A DNA stretch of 64,000 nucleotides from NCBI GenBank assembly GCA_965112155.1, contig OZ218105.1; one strand, written 5' to 3'. How positions within the stretch are numbered: position 1 is the first letter of the stretch; each line of letters begins with the position of its first letter. This stretch comes from Podarcis liolepis. Taxonomy: Eukaryota. A program made the position numbers and the translations under genes. This document shows positions 1 to 14,719 of this stretch, piece by piece. A model generated the notes under the pieces. The model saw nothing but the letters and a program-made list of their open reading frames with translations. It had not been told where the DNA came from and searched no databases.

Positions 1-592
1 TACAAACTCTCACACAATTGCATTGGTTGTCTTGCCCTTCTGAAGAGGTGGGACGCATGCTGGAATACATTGGTGAAAGCAATCTGGAGATGTGCTGAAC
101 AGTTGACCTCCAGGCAAATTGGCTGTTAATTTCATTCATGTCAAAAAGGCCGTTCTCTCTCCCTCTCTCTCTACTGCAGCACCACATGTCTAATGATTTT
201 CTACCATTGCAATGCATCAGCTTGTCTAAGTCAACTACCCTGTGACAATCTGGATGGTCTGTTTTGTCTGCTGTAGTAGCAACGGGGGACCTGTGGCCCT
301 TCAGTCATCACCAGCCCAAGAGGTTTTGCTGCTTAAGGCAAAGCAGCAGCTTTCCCCTCCCTGTTTTGCATACAGAAGCTGAACGGATTGGCAGCTGAAT
401 TTGATTTCGACACTGGCAACTGGGCAGCATTCCCCTGGGGGAAGCAGAGCAGGCCGTATGGAGCCCTCAGCTTGGTTGTCAAGCAGAAGGGAATGGCTGG
501 TGGCTCAGGAGGAATGGCCAGGATGGCATCTGCTGCCTGATGCAGTTGTCTCAAACTGCCAAATGATAGGGCTGGCCCTGTATTCAGATGTT

Positions 593-685
593 CATAGAAT
601 TGTAGAGCTGGAAGGGACCCATCTACTCACCTACAATCTCACCTACAATGCAGGGATCTCAACTAAAGCATCCATTACAGATGTT
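593..685 (-). mobile_element. CR1 LINE 3' tail remnant
   Basis: catagaattgtagagctggaagggacc..., the same family as 20330-20585. Confidence 0.55.
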
Positions 686-2237
686 GGGCTAAAGTTACCA
701 TTGTTGTCCACCATTGGCCATGCTAGGTGGGGCATAGCTGTTGACTTTTCCCTTTTCTTGCGAGGAATCCTGTTTGGTATACGGGAATTTCCCTTTAAAT
801 AAGGGAAACGTTGACAGCTATTGGTGGGGTTGATGGGAACTGGAATCCAATAACATATGGAAGTCACCAGGTTCTCCATCCCTGATCTGTAGGTGAAGAA
901 GATGGCTGCCCACACCTCACTTTGCCTATATTCGCATGAATAAGGTAAAAACAGCATTTGGTGTCTCCATGAGGGATATTCAGGATGCCTTTTTCTGATC
1001 CTGCTCACACATGTTTTCTTCTATACATTGGCCATGCTTTCTCCTATAAAGAAGATATCCCATTGCATAAAGTAAGGATGGGGAACCAGTGGCTCTCTAG
1101 ATCTGATGGACCATGTAATCCCTGACCATTGGCTATGCTGGGGGCTGATGGGAGTTGTGGTCCAATGACATCAGCACCATAGGTTTCCAACCCGAGTTGA
1201 AATGCAAAAAAGGTCAATTTGAATAAGCCACTCTCCTGGGGCTCATTCAAGGAACACCTTACCCCTGAATGTGAGGAATTCATGGAAGGAAATTCAGGCG
1301 TTTTTCTCATTGGGATTTCTCTCAACTCAGCCTGGTAAGGCAGCATTGTGGACTTAACAGTCATCTTGAATCCAGGAAAGGATTTTTGTCTGCTATGAGG
1401 GCCAGCAGGGATCCTTGTAAGATACCGGATTAGAAAGCTAAGATCAAAAATGGTTTTAAAAAGCACCTGACTCATATGGGAGTGGCGCAAAGGGAAGACA
1501 GATGAAAAGCAAAGTAGAAAGAAGACATATAATTCTATCAGAATGAAATGGTAATTAATTTGTTTTTTATGCTGAAGCATTACCTTCCAATTGTGCCAGA
1601 ACTGAATAAATTCTTGTGAAGTAAATTGGCAAGCCTCAACTTGTTGCTAGCATGCCAGTCTCGAAACACCTCTATAAATGCTGTTCACATGCACATGACT
1701 GGTGCTTCAATCCTGAGAGGTTCTGGTGATGCAACATTCCCGATTCTTCCACAATCTGTTTAATATATGTATTCACTGTGTATAAGCTGCAATCTTCAGT
1801 TATGGATAAAAAACTGTTTGTTAAATGCTGGGCAGAATCCACAAGGGTAACGTGGCCTGAGAGAAAAGTGTGTTTGCATGTAATGGGTCATTTGTGTGTG
1901 GGTGACTATACAAAATGCAGCAGTCAAGGGGAGGGATCAGAAATGAAAGGAGGAGGTTGTAACAGTAAAGCAGAACAAAAATTGGATGTGTGTGGAGAAC
2001 TAATACGTGTTGTTAAGCCTAGGATATCAGAGCGTACTGGGTTGCCTCACACATCTCTTCATTACTTCTACAGCACTGCATTGTGAATGGGCCACCACTA
2101 GGATTGCCATATTTCAAAAAGTAAAAACCAGCACACTCCCAAAAAGTATTGAGCTTTGTTCTTGGCCTTTTGTTGAACCCCAAAAGCAATGGCACAGGTG
2201 AGAGATGTGTTATTCAGTTCATACTTTTTAGAGAATG

Positions 2238-2600
2238 GTGAAAGGTAAAGGTAAAGGGACCCCTGACCATTAGGTCCAATCGCGGACAACTCTGGGGTTG
2301 CGGCGCTCATCTTGCTTTACTGGCCAAGGGAGCCGATGTTTGTCCACAGACAGCTTCCGGGTCATGTGGCCAGCATGACTAAGCTGCTTCTGGTGAACCA
2401 GAGCAGCACTTGGAAACACTGTTTACCTTCTCGCTGGAGCAGTACCTATTTATCTACTTGTACTTTGATGTGGTTTCGAACTGCTAGGTTGGCAGGAGCA
2501 GGGACCGAGCAACAGGAGCTCACCCCGTCAGGGGGATTCAAACCGCTGCCCTTCTGATCGGCAAGTCCTAAGCTCTGTAGTTTAACCCACAGCACCACCC
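2238..2600 (-). mobile_element. Sauria SINE (Squam1/POM-type), near full length
   Basis: (AAAGGT)n tail at the left end, reverse complement of the tRNA-like head at the right; closely matches the copies at 19630 and 34080. Confidence 0.92.
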
Positions 2601-4288
2601 CTGATTGGCCCCCATGAATTTTGCTGGGGCCTATTACAACTCACAAACATAGAGCCCTAACATACTCCTGTGCATTTCCTTTTTCTCTTTGTGTGCACAT
2701 GCATTATTACTTAGAGTTGCATTTAGAAGCCTACCCAGATCCACAGAACTGGGAATTTGACAGCAGTTAATGCAGAAGCATGTTTTATTCAAGCTTCACA
2801 CTCGTACTCTATCAACATGAAGACTGTTCAATGCATCCCCATATTTTGAGGATATAATAACTATCTGCTGAGTAGCTAATAGTGTGTGAATATCTTTCCT
2901 CCTTTGCTGACCTCTGCTTATGTTCTTCCCATGCACACATTGCTATTGTATGAGATTTGAATGAGTAATGCTCAAAAAATCCTTTTTTGTGGGGACTAGT
3001 AATGTTCAAATATAAACTGAGCAACTGAGTGTGCTGCACTGTAAAGAAAACTGTCCAAAAAACCTGAATTTAGAGAAATAAATTTGCTTCTGCCTCTCAG
3101 AGAGGTAATACTATTCTGAAGATGTATATGCTCAAATGTTTCCTGGCAACGATTCTGGACTACTGTATTTATATGCATTACAGGGAGGAATGCTAGGAAG
3201 CAGCCAAAAATTGAACTAATCGGTTTATTTGGGAAAACTCCAAAGAACTTCCTCCTCCCAAAGGGACTGACTGTTAAGTATCTTTCAGAAGAGCATCTTT
3301 CAGTTGAATCAACACTATACCTATCACATTCATTGCTAGGACCTTTTATTCTGGAATATGGGTTGGAGAGCTAAAGGGTGGAATTTGGTTATGGAATTTG
3401 TTAGGCAAACTGTCACTATGAAACATGGTCAAGTACGCTAGCAAATGTAGTGGAGTCAATGTTGTAAATAGATTTGGGTTTTCCCCAGTAATGGACACTG
3501 TAGGTATTTCACCAGATTTCCACCAAATTGAGAGCTGCACTGCCCCAGACACGGAGTAATGGGGCCCAACAGAGATTCTTAACAAAAGGTACTGATATGA
3601 AGCTAGAACCTTTATGGAAGCATGGGGTTTCAAGACAAATTGGGGGGAGAAAAGACATAGTCCGTTTTAGTTGCTACCTTCACATTGTAGCTGGCATTAT
3701 GGCAACATCACAATATTCCAGCAGACAAGCTGGGTGATAGTTTGCTATTTGATGGGGCACTGGGCTGCACAGTTAGGGGAACCACCCACCCATGAAATAT
3801 CTCGTGAGTGCATTCCTGATTACTGCCGTCAGCAGAGGAATTTGCTTCATATTCTTCAGGCGGTACTTAAAATTCCCAAACCAGGATTCCAAAAGATAAC
3901 TGTAAACTTTTACATTATAAATGTTTACCCCACTAGGAAAATGTAAGTAGGCTGGAGAAACTTAAGCTCTGTCAGATGACACGTTAAAATGCCAAGAGAG
4001 GCCAGCAGCAAGAAGGGAGAAGGCTTCGCTTCAGTCCTGCTGATTCAGATCTCAGGCAGCCACAGAACCTGAGCTGCAGCCCTGCTGACAGGTAAAGACA
4101 GCTCAGCTCATCTCACAAACATGACATCCCTGCAACACTTTTTTTAATGCTCTTACAAGAGTATCTTGCTTTTTCTTTGCTACTTGAAATAATAACTATT
4201 ATTATTTCCTTCCCTGCCATCAAAAGGACATTGGGGATAGGCTTAAACACTTTATGATGTGTATTATATTTACAGACAACCAAATAAA

Positions 4289-4308
4289 ATCATCATCATC
4301 ATCATCAT
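4289..4308. repeat. (ATC)n microsatellite
   Basis: Direct reading. Confidence 0.85.
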
Positions 4309-7300
4309 CTCTGTTTACAGTGTTCTGACTGTGAGTGCCATTCGTTTTTTAGCAAAAATATTGAACTAAATGGACCAATGATCTGACTCTGAATAAGGCA
4401 CCTTCTTACATTCCTGTTACTGGGGTGGGGTGTGGATCAAGCAGGTTAACCCCCTGGCCTCTTTTCTCCTGCCATTTTTTTCTCAACTGACAAGCCACAG
4501 TTCCACAGTTCTTCTTATGTTTATACGTTGTTCTTGCTCTGGTTTGGTATTTGGTCCCCCCTCCCTCACACTTCAATTTTCATTTAATTTACAAACAAAT
4601 ACACTTCTGTTCACATGAGGAGTCCTCCAAGTTTGTAGAAAGCATTCCTTAAGTTGACCCCATTTCACTTCCAAAGGGATAGTTATGAAAACACCAAGTT
4701 CAGAATTACATAGAATAAATGGCAATCTTATGGGAAGTGAGAGTCGCCCAAAGGATTTTAGCATATTTGTGATGGGGCAGCACCCAAATAAAAGGTAGCA
4801 GTGAAGACAGGAATTCCTTTCTTTGGCTGGAATGGAATGGAAGTTCCATCTCTAGACAAAGGGGATGGCGTCACCCTAAAATTTATCTCCATGGGCCATA
4901 AATGTTCCACAACTCTTGGAATATTCCCAAGTCCTTATCAATGGATTTTTAGGGTTTTCAGTTTTTCTATCTCTTTTGAATTATAAGCTTACATTCTTCT
5001 GCATACCCAGGGGATCCCCCAAGTAGGTAGAAGCTACTACCCTACTTTTGGGTGGGCCTGTTTTGCTTCCCAATGGAAAGGCACTCAGCCACCCAAGTTC
5101 GCTATTAGAGGAAATGATTAATAGTATATATACGATCTTCATTAACTGTCTTTGCGTGTTGGCACAAGTCACTGGGACCAGATCTCTTCCTGAATTGCCA
5201 CACTGTGTTTTCAAGTATGGTTGTGGTGTCCATGACAACCAAATAACTCACCAAAAAGGGGGCTTTTTTTCTTCTTCAAAAAAAGAAGATCTTCCCAGAC
5301 AAGTACGCCATGAAATCACAAATGCAAAACAGATGCTAGGCCATCTTCACTGAAGATTGCAATCTGCAAACGCATAGGAGTTTGTGCCCTTGATTTAGTG
5401 GTTTAAAATGCAGCAAAGCTGTTTATATTCACTGTCAAAATATTTGCACTGCATATGCTCACAGTCCCTGTGGTGGAAATGTATCCCCCCCCCCCACTCC
5501 CTGCCAACTAGCATGGCAGAACAAGCACCAAACAAAGACGCATGGCTCCTGTCAAGTGCTGGCACAGGGCAGTTTTGCCTCTGCTAAGACAGTTTTTAAT
5601 GAATCATCAAAGTATACTGCTTGTCCCCTTTACCCCGAATAAGCTTCCTGAGCAATTATACTGTATGTGTGCTTTCTAACTGCCTGCAACCAGAAAACCA
5701 GATGCACAGTCCATCTTGGGTTTGCTGATTTATGGTGCTGATTAATCCCTGCTAAGGGCTGGCGGTAACCAATTAAAGGGGCTTGGGTAAATTAATTCAT
5801 CAATGCATTAACATTACAATCATTATAGCATCACAATGTTTAATGAAGGTATATCAGTCAACAAGGTATTGATATTTGGGGGTGTGTGGGGGGGGGGAAA
5901 TGATCTCCTTCATATATTCATTCATTCATTCATAAGTAGTCTGGAATCGGGGGAACGGCAAGGTACATTGGGTACCAAACTATTTAGGGTAAGGAAAACT
6001 AGCTATGATCCAAGGATTTACTTTGTGGGAAGCAAATTTTCTCTGAAATAGTGGGCAGGAGTCTTTTGGGGGAGGCATTCTTAGAAACATTCAGGGTCAG
6101 GACTGTTTTCTTTGTTTATCTTACTTTTGCTGCCATTGCAAGTACTGCTCTCTGTGTAACATCTACCTCCTCAAATGTGCTGTCCTCTTCTCCTCTACTT
6201 GGATGTAAGCCCTACTGAGTTTAGTGGAACTTCTAGGAATAAAAAAAACTGCAGCATCCATGGTTATTAGGCATGCTATCTGGATGGAGGCAGTGTATCT
6301 CTGAATATGAGTTGCTGAGTTGCAAACAGTGAGATGGCTTTTGTATCTGGCTGGCCAGTGTCAGAATGAGGATGTGAGATCTGAGGGCTCCACAGGCTGA
6401 TGCAGCAGGGCTCTTCCTAAGCTTGTATGTACATATCTGAACATAATAATTGCCTTACTAGATCCAATCACCTGATTCAGCAGTCAGGTTTTTAAGAGCA
6501 GCTGATCAGCTGCCTCTTAGAAGTTCGCAAGCAAATCTTGAAAGAATTTGCCATTTCCTGCTGTTCATTACCAGCATCTGGTGATGAAAGCTGCACTGAT
6601 CCTGATATCCTGTTTTTATATATCAAGGGCTAATCAGCGTTGGTAAATGTGTGCTTCGTACACTGAGTGTGAAGAAGTTCTTTTTGTCTGTCATCGGTCT
6701 ACTGTGAATCGATTTCTTTAGATGTTCCTGAGCATTGTTAAATGGATCTCCATTATAGATTTGCATAGTCATACTTGTTACTTTATTTTCAATTGCTAAT
6801 TTGCTCATTTCAAAACCCAAAGCCACTTCTTCTGCCAGCAATTTGAACTTTTCCATTCACTTTACCGGAAGATAAATTTGAGTTCAGGTCCTGCTCCTCT
6901 ATGTCACCCCCATGGATCATGACATATATATGCTGAGAAGGAATTAAAAACTTGTCACTGAAATAATGTATGTCAGGAAAATCTTAATTCCAGAAGGAGA
7001 AGGAGAAGAAATGCTTCATCTATCCACACACCAAACTTCTCAGGTTGAAGATCCATTAGTACGCCTCAGGAGCTGAATCTCAGTCTTACTGTCCTTTGGT
7101 TATGGTAGTGAATCCATTTTATTAGCGATTTTTAAGTTCTCCTAAAAGTGAATTGCCACCTACTGCATATTGTTCCTTTTGTGATGTATTATCTTGACAG
7201 GACATCAGATTTAACTTGATTTAATAAGAAGAGCAAAAAGAACCGTGGGGGCAGCCCATAGGAATGCATTTGGTGTGATTCCTGCAAAAGCCAAAGAAAT

Positions 7301-7813
7301 ATGTGAGTTTCCATGGCAATGACAAGACTTTTTTTTGAGGAGTGGGGCATTAACAGAAAATGAGGTGTTCAAGTAAGCTCCTCCACATAATCAGCATGCA
7401 AGCTACTTTTGGCCTCGGCTTTTTAAAAAATTATTATTTTTAAAAGTAATAATTAATGAACACATTTTTATGTGTAAATCCACTGCAACCTTCCTAAGAG
7501 TTATGCTCTCAAGCTCCATAATTAGAACCAGAGTTTGGTTTCAGCTCTGTAGTAAGGAAAATATTATAGCAAGTGAGAGAAAAAATATAAACTGTTGAAG
7601 GCAAGTGTTTTGTTGTTTCTATAGGATTTTCATGGAACTTTTTATTGTGGCATGATGACCCAATGAGTATTTCAAAAGCCTGAGCAAAGGTCATGGAACT
7701 GCAGCCTTGCTGTTTATTGGCTCTGAATATGTTACAAGTAAGTGTAGAAAGGATTTTAAAAAAAATCACAGCGGCACCTAGCCACAAAACTGTATGACAT
7801 TATCAGCACTAAC

Positions 7814-7962
7814 CAGGGCTTTTTTTCTTTTAAAAAAATGTTTAGGGGTACTCTCATTTTCCTACTCATATTGAAATACTGCCCCTCAATGAGGCCAAAC
7901 TTAGATTCACAAAATGTTTAGGGGTATGCACCCCCCTGCATCCCCCCGGCAAAAATACACTG
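7814..7962. mobile_element. hAT-type MITE
   Basis: CAG...CTG termini with a near-perfect 8-bp TSD gcactaac/gcactgac; internal repeat aaaatgtttaggggta. Confidence 0.75.
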
Positions 7963-10600
7963 GCACTGACACTCGAGAGGGAAACTGCCACACTCTAGAA
8001 TGGGGGGTGGGGATTTGACCAATATACAAAATCTAACTTTAAGCTACTGTTGTGGAGATTTTCAAACTGCATATAATTGAGGCACTTTTGGGGTGGCAGG
8101 AATGTTATATAGAAAGACAAGTCACTTCCCTGCGTTCCCCCTCTGTTGGTGGGCCCTTTCGTCAGGGTCAGTCTGTCACCTGAAGCTGCTGTGTTGGACG
8201 ATCCATTTTTCTTTGTAGCATGGCAAACCCGGGTACAAAGGAAAACCCAAGCCCAGTCAGAGTTTGGAGCTACCACCAATTAGCTGATAGCTGTTGACTT
8301 CAAGCTCCGCTTTCTGCAGGGAGCAGCTGCACTACTGAATTCCCCCATGGGGAACTCCACAGCACAGTTTCAGGGAGTTTGGAGTCAGTGCCTATCAGGC
8401 AACCTCAAGCTCTGCTTTCTGCTGGGATCAGTTGCAAAGCCAATCCTGACTTGCTCTCAACTGCCAGTCAGCTGATTGGTGGAGACAGCAACCTCCCTTG
8501 CTAATGCCCAATTATAAGCACATTTCAAGGCTCCTGGTTGTGGATTGGCAGCCCCTTCCCCTCACCTTACATTATAGATAATATCAGGTATGGGGCAGGC
8601 GATTGTGGCTTGAGAAAAATGGCCTTCTGGTCAATGGCCAGAAGTTCTCCATACCTCTGAGCTGTGACATAGCGTTTAGCCTGGCACCACTCTAACAACT
8701 TGAATAAATTTAGTTTTCACATGAAATGCTGTCTGATACCTTTATGACTGCTGGTTTTATGAGTTCAAGTCAGTAGAACAAGCAACAGTTGCCACCTAGG
8801 TAGCATTTTTTATAAGTCTAGCAGTCTTAACACCAAAGGACAGAGAAGTACCTACAGAGCTGTTCTCTCCCTGGTAGAATCAGCTAGGTGTGTTGTCATA
8901 TTCTCATTTCCTTTTTGCAACCAAAGGCAATTTCTGCTGGAGTGAAAAATACCTAGATTTTTCTTCCTTTCTGCCTGCAGCTATATTTCACCTACTCATG
9001 TCAAAGTAATGCACATGAAAGCAAGCTCTTGAAAACAATGGCTTGGAAAAGAAGAGAGATTTTTAAGGCAACACTGTGCTAATCGTAGCTCTCAAGTAGG
9101 AATTTAGGACTCACCGCATCTTTAAGTGCGTATAAAAATTCTCCAAGTCAGTTCTACAAAGTGAAATTCTCCGTGGAGGAATTTGGCACTCTTGCTGACG
9201 AAAACTTTGCTCACGGTTGCACAGTCACGGAACAGAACGTTGAAGTTGTATATTTTGGGCCCTTTGAAAGAAAACGGCTTTGAACCAATTGTGTTAATAG
9301 AAATTTTGGAAGGTAAAGGGAGGGTGGGACTTGAAATGAATTTTGTAATAATACCTACATCTATTTTCTAGACTGTTAGCATTCCCTACCATGCAATTCT
9401 TTGGAAGGCAAGCTTTCCAGAAGTGCTTGCATTGCCTTGATTTCTTTTTGTTTATGTGCTGTTCCTTGACTAGTCATAGAGTACAGTTCCAAAGTACAAT
9501 ACAGCAGTTCCAAAGTCTTCTGGTTGTTTCCTTTCCGTATGAGTTTTAGTGAATCCCTCCAAACCTTCTTGGCTCAAACTCCAACTTTTCACAAGCATCA
9601 GAGGTGCAAGGGCTCCTGGGATTGTGCTTGAAAAGAAAGGCTTGTGGGATTGCTAGGTGCCATTTTCACCATTTTTGCTTCTTTTAGGGCTCTAACTGGA
9701 GACACAGGGGACTGAACTTGGAACCATCTGCAGCCTCTTCCATTGATCTATGGCACTCCCCCCGCCCCAACGTATAATTTCCATGCAAATGTGTAATATA
9801 TTATTAGATTTGAGTGCTTCACAATCATTTAAGTGGGATTGTATTTCAAATATTTCCTGGAAGATAAACAGCAGAAAACCTATACTGTGCAATGTCAAAA
9901 TAAACTATGCTAAAGTAAGAGAGCGACCCAAACTAAGTGGAAATCTTAATTATGGAGAGAGAGAAAGAAAAGGTCTGTCAGCTGTGACACAATGCATGAC
10001 AGATAAGATCCCCTACCACCCTTAACAAGATGACAAATTAATTCATTATTTCTGCTCCATACAAAGATTTGAGCTTGGGACCAGGATAGCAAACGTTTCT
10101 TCTCAAAATTCTACCAGCCATTTCTGAAAACAATGGCTGACCCACCCATTGGGCAAATGGGGCATTTGTCCTGTTAAGAAAAGAATGTGTCCCAGGGCAT
10201 GATCTCAGGGTACATTAGGCAGGCACCTTGCTGAAGCAAGGACTGTCTCAGTCTTGTTAAATACTGCCCTAGGCCAAGACAGGAGATAACTTGGGAACCC
10301 GTGCATAAAGCAGTGTCACCTTATTTGCTTCAAGAAATATAAAATGCTGAGTTAGCATGTAAAACCAGGATATTTTGGTTTCTAATCTTCTGGCAATAGG
10401 TAATGAAGAACGGTAAGCATCAGACTGAGTATGCATAAGGAATGCTTCTTGGTCTGGGGACCTGTATTGCTAGGGTGGAGATGCTGGGCCACAAACCAGG
10501 AGTTCCTGTGGTCAGCTCTGGACCAGCCCTGTTTAAAAGTGCTAAGTAAAGCAACATCTTTCTGCATGCACTCAAATATTTCCTTTCTCTCTCTATTTCT

Positions 10601-10621
10601 ACACACACACACACACACACA
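10601..10621. repeat. (CA)n microsatellite
   Basis: Direct reading. Confidence 0.9.
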
Positions 10622-13600
10622 AACTCACACTAGCCCAAAGGAAAAGTGAAAATTAGTGTATGCAGAAGACAACCTTCTCTGTTAAATGATTCTTTTTAAA
10701 GTTACAAATATATAACCTGGCTTATAATATTAGTGCATGGCTTTACAGCAATAAAATATGATTATGTTTTTTTCCTGGGTGGTGGGGGGAGAGAGATGTG
10801 TATACGTTTCCTATCTGGCTGAGGGTGGGAGGGCAGGGTTTCAGCTCAGCACAATGATTTAAGAACACTGCTGAGATGTTTAAATGTCAGTATTTATAAT
10901 GTAAAAGCCACCAGCCCTCCTAGCACCACTGTATTATAAATTAATGAAATGGTGCATGCCTCAAGTTCATTTTTAAAGGGGGGGTTGTGAGAATATCCCT
11001 TCCTGTTATTTGTCCTATTGATATTTTGCTGTCTAGAACCCTGGATTTCATGCTGATACAAGCAGTTCATTCCAGAAGCAAGATTTCATCAAGAAACCCT
11101 TTAATGAATAGCCCTAAAGCAGCAGAGCATCCCATTTGTGTTTACTTGTTAGCCAAGCTGGCATTGCTAAATGCACCCTGCACTGAGCTACGCTGCTATA
11201 TTTCAGTCACTTCCACTCTGTGGGAAAATGGATGAACTTGTGAAAGATAAGGAGGGAGGGAGAGAAGCTCCAGGAAGCTGATGGTTAAGACAGTGAACGG
11301 TGAAGCAATTTGCTTTAAAAACTATGAACAGGATCTTCTCTTAATATTTCCGGAAACAACTTCAGGAGACAGAAAATAAGCACCTCCACATGTAAGAGAA
11401 AATTCCTTTGAAATATATATGTTGTTTCCCAATAAGAAAGGAACACAAGAAAGAGCTGTTGTGTTTTTAAGGCCAATGTTCCCTCTATGTGCTGAAGATT
11501 TTGGCTATGCCTACGAATAGCCCTTTGGTGCTTTCTCATTTGAGAGAGATCATCTAGCTGAGAGCCCTAAATGACTTAGCCTCTGTTCCTCTGCCTGGTC
11601 TACTTCCATGTAGCCTGGGAGGGCAGGGGATGGCCCTAAACTGATAGGAAAACCATTTCAAGTGGGGTCAGAGAGGAGCATCTTCCCAAGCCCTCACCAC
11701 GGTGGGGTGCTGGGTGTGCATGCAGACCCTCCAAGCATCCCTATTTTCCAGGGACAGCGCTGAATTTACATTTTGTCACTTGTGGAGAACATTTTTGTAT
11801 ATTGTTATGACATTTACTTATGAGTTGGCAGTTTAAGAATAATCTAAGTATAAAATGAATAAAAAAAAAGAGGCCAGCGCTGGTGATTGTCCAGGCATTC
11901 ATTGACCTTTTTCTCCCGTTCCCTTTCAGTCACAGTGTCTTCCTGCTGTTATTACCTGCTACTGCCGCGATCTGATACATTTCATCTGTCTACTCGGGAA
12001 TTTGATCTGACTGGAGCGAACCTGAGCGCAGAGCAGTCGTCTTCAGCCATTACCTGGGGTTTTGTCTTTTTTTTTTTGGACTTGTGCTTGGTGGGTCTGT
12101 TGTGGTCTCCACGCTGTCCTTTACAACGGCCTCCTTCACACTCATTGTATTGAACATAATGGAACAAAGGGAGGCTGAGAGTTCAGACTGGGAAGCATGC
12201 TGTCAAGAGGCTCTAGGATTTATTTAGCAGTCTCCTTTGAGTGGTTATATTGCATCTGCCAAGTGGTGGCCCGAAGGCTAAACTGAAATGAACTGTGACT
12301 AAGAGCTGGTGACATTGCCCATTCCCTTCTGTGTGCAAATTCATAGATTCTACATGCAATTTGTAGCCAGGTACCCCCCCACCTCCCGGAAAGTCTTTCC
12401 AGATTCCAGAGCTGAGCTTAGAACTTGTATAGTAGGATAGAAATATATTTTGTTTTAAGGGGATTTGAGATGTGGTCCTGGGATATACCTTTGCTCAGAT
12501 ACCATATTTTTGTTTGATGCCCTACAAGTTCGCCTCAAGGGAAACAGTAACACTGCTTTAGTAGTTAGCTGTGTTTGTGTGCTCATGTGTATCCTTACAG
12601 TCCAGAACTTGCTCTGTTTTCTTATTTCATTTTTCAAATTTACCTGAAAAGTTTTCTAACTGCTTTTAGGGATCCACAGTTCATTCTTCATTTAAAAATA
12701 ATGTTAAAAGTTTGGCTAGCTTCATGAACTGGCCGTATTACCAAGCAACTAGTGAGTGGTTAGGGACTTAATATACAATGTTCCCTGATGGGTGAAGATC
12801 TCTCTCCCCTGACTTTGGATGGTGACGCTCCAACAGTTAATGAGGTACAGGGCAATTGCGATTATCTATTTGTATTTGGACACAGAAGCAGAGGATGGAA
12901 AGGGTGTTGTTGTCATTGTTGTCATTTTTCTTAAAAAAACAGAAACAAACTGGAAATGGCTGAAACAGAAACATCCTTGGGGTCCAGTTCCAATTTCCTC
13001 TTGGCCACACTAGAAGAGAGGGAAGAGAGTACAAGCCCAAAACTCATTAGCATTACAGCCAAATGCAGAATATAATCCCACCTGATTTATGCTATGTGCC
13101 CAGGTCTGTTTCAGAATTTTAAAAGAATAAACAGAATCAGTAGCGTATTCAAGTGGGATTCATAGGTAAGCATAATATATCATATGTAATATATGGTATG
13201 TAATATATATAATATGGGACTTTTTGTTTTACCTTATTTTTGTGTGAAAGACAAGAAGTTCTTAACTCACATCTTTCCTTAAAGAGGTGCCCTCTCGTTA
13301 AGCAATGCTGCATTTTGCCAGGACTCCAACTGTAGAATACTATTTCCATAGCTCTGTCACATTAGTGTGCCCGTTCTGAATGTGAGGGTCAAAGGGTATT
13401 GCATGCCTTCCATGAGCACGTATTGGATAGTGCCCATGGCATCATTGTGGACAATTATATATCTTTAGGTGCCAGGCAAAAATGTTTCTCTTCAACCAGG
13501 CATTTGGCTGATTAATACTCATGGTTTTTTAAATGTGTCTGTGGGAGGGGAGGGGTTATTGGTTTGTTTTGCTTCTGCTTATATTTTATTGTGTATTTTG

Positions 13601-14374
13601 TGTTTTGATTTTGTATTTTTATGTTGTGAACCGCCCTGTTGTCTTCAGAGGAAGGGAGGTACACAAATTTAATAATAAAAATAAAAACACCCAGTGACTG
13701 CCATCGTATACATGGTCCCAGAGGACCCGAGTGTGATCAACACTGAGGCTCCATCTGTACGATACTGCTTTAAATGTATCGTACCAATTTAAACCGTCAT
13801 GGCTTCCCACTAAGAATCCTGGGAAGTGTAGTTTGTTAAGGGTGCTGAGAGTTATGAGACGACTCCTAGTCCTATCAGAGCTGCAGTTTCCAAAGTGGTT
13901 TAACAGCCAGTCCCTCTTCCCAGGTATCCCTGTGTGTTGCCTTTTGGAAAACAGCCTTGACAAATGCATTTCTCATCACACTCACTTTTACATTGCCTAG
14001 GGGTCAGTGTGGTCCTCAGCCTGAGAAAAAGTTAGGGCTAGCCTTCCCTGCTATAAACTATGGGTAATCTGAGTCATTCTCCCCTTAAACCTACTGTTAT
14101 GTAGGTGGTTGTACTGGATGAAGTAATAATTAATAACCAATCTCTACAAAACAGCAGGTGAAGTTTTCTTAATGGAGAATGCCACAGTGAATTACTGTCA
14201 ACTGTTTCAGATCTGGCTGTGTGTGTTTTTTATATTCCTGTGGTACTTAAAAAAAAAGTATTTAAGAAAATACTTTGAATCCTTCTCCCTGTTGCATCAT
14301 TATTCTCTGCCTGCCAAGGCTATGGAACACTGCCTGGCTTCTACCTAAAGAGAGCACAGAAATTGTGAAAAGCC

Positions 14375-14673
14375 ATCCAGTTCAGTATACCTGAAGGAGC
14401 GTCTCCACCCCCATCATTCTACCCGGACACTGAGGTCCAGCACCGAGGGCCTTCTGGCGGTTCCCTCAGTGCGAGAAGCCAAGTTACAGGGAACCAGGCA
14501 GAGGGCCTTCTCGGTGGTGGCACCCACCCTGTGGAACGACCTCCCACCAGATGTCAAAGAGAAAAACAACTACCAGACTACTGTATTTTAACAGACTACT
14601 GTATTTTAATACTTTGTTGAAAGCCACCCAGAGTGGCTGGGGAAACCCAGCCAGATGGGCAGGGTATAAATTA

Positions 14674-14718
<45 letters not shown>
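14375..14718 (+). mobile_element. L2-clade LINE 3' end with (ATT)n tail
   Basis: Encodes an RAFSVVAPTLWNDLP-type C-terminal motif, then a 3' UTR stem and (ATT)n at 14671-14718. Confidence 0.8.

Positions 14719-14719
<1 letters not shown>

Noticed and set aside
6623-6932. 77-aa minus-strand ORF (MEKFKLLAEEVALG...) with a nearby acceptor
   Set aside because: No recognisable homology, and the frame is closed by a stop between the acceptor and the ATG.
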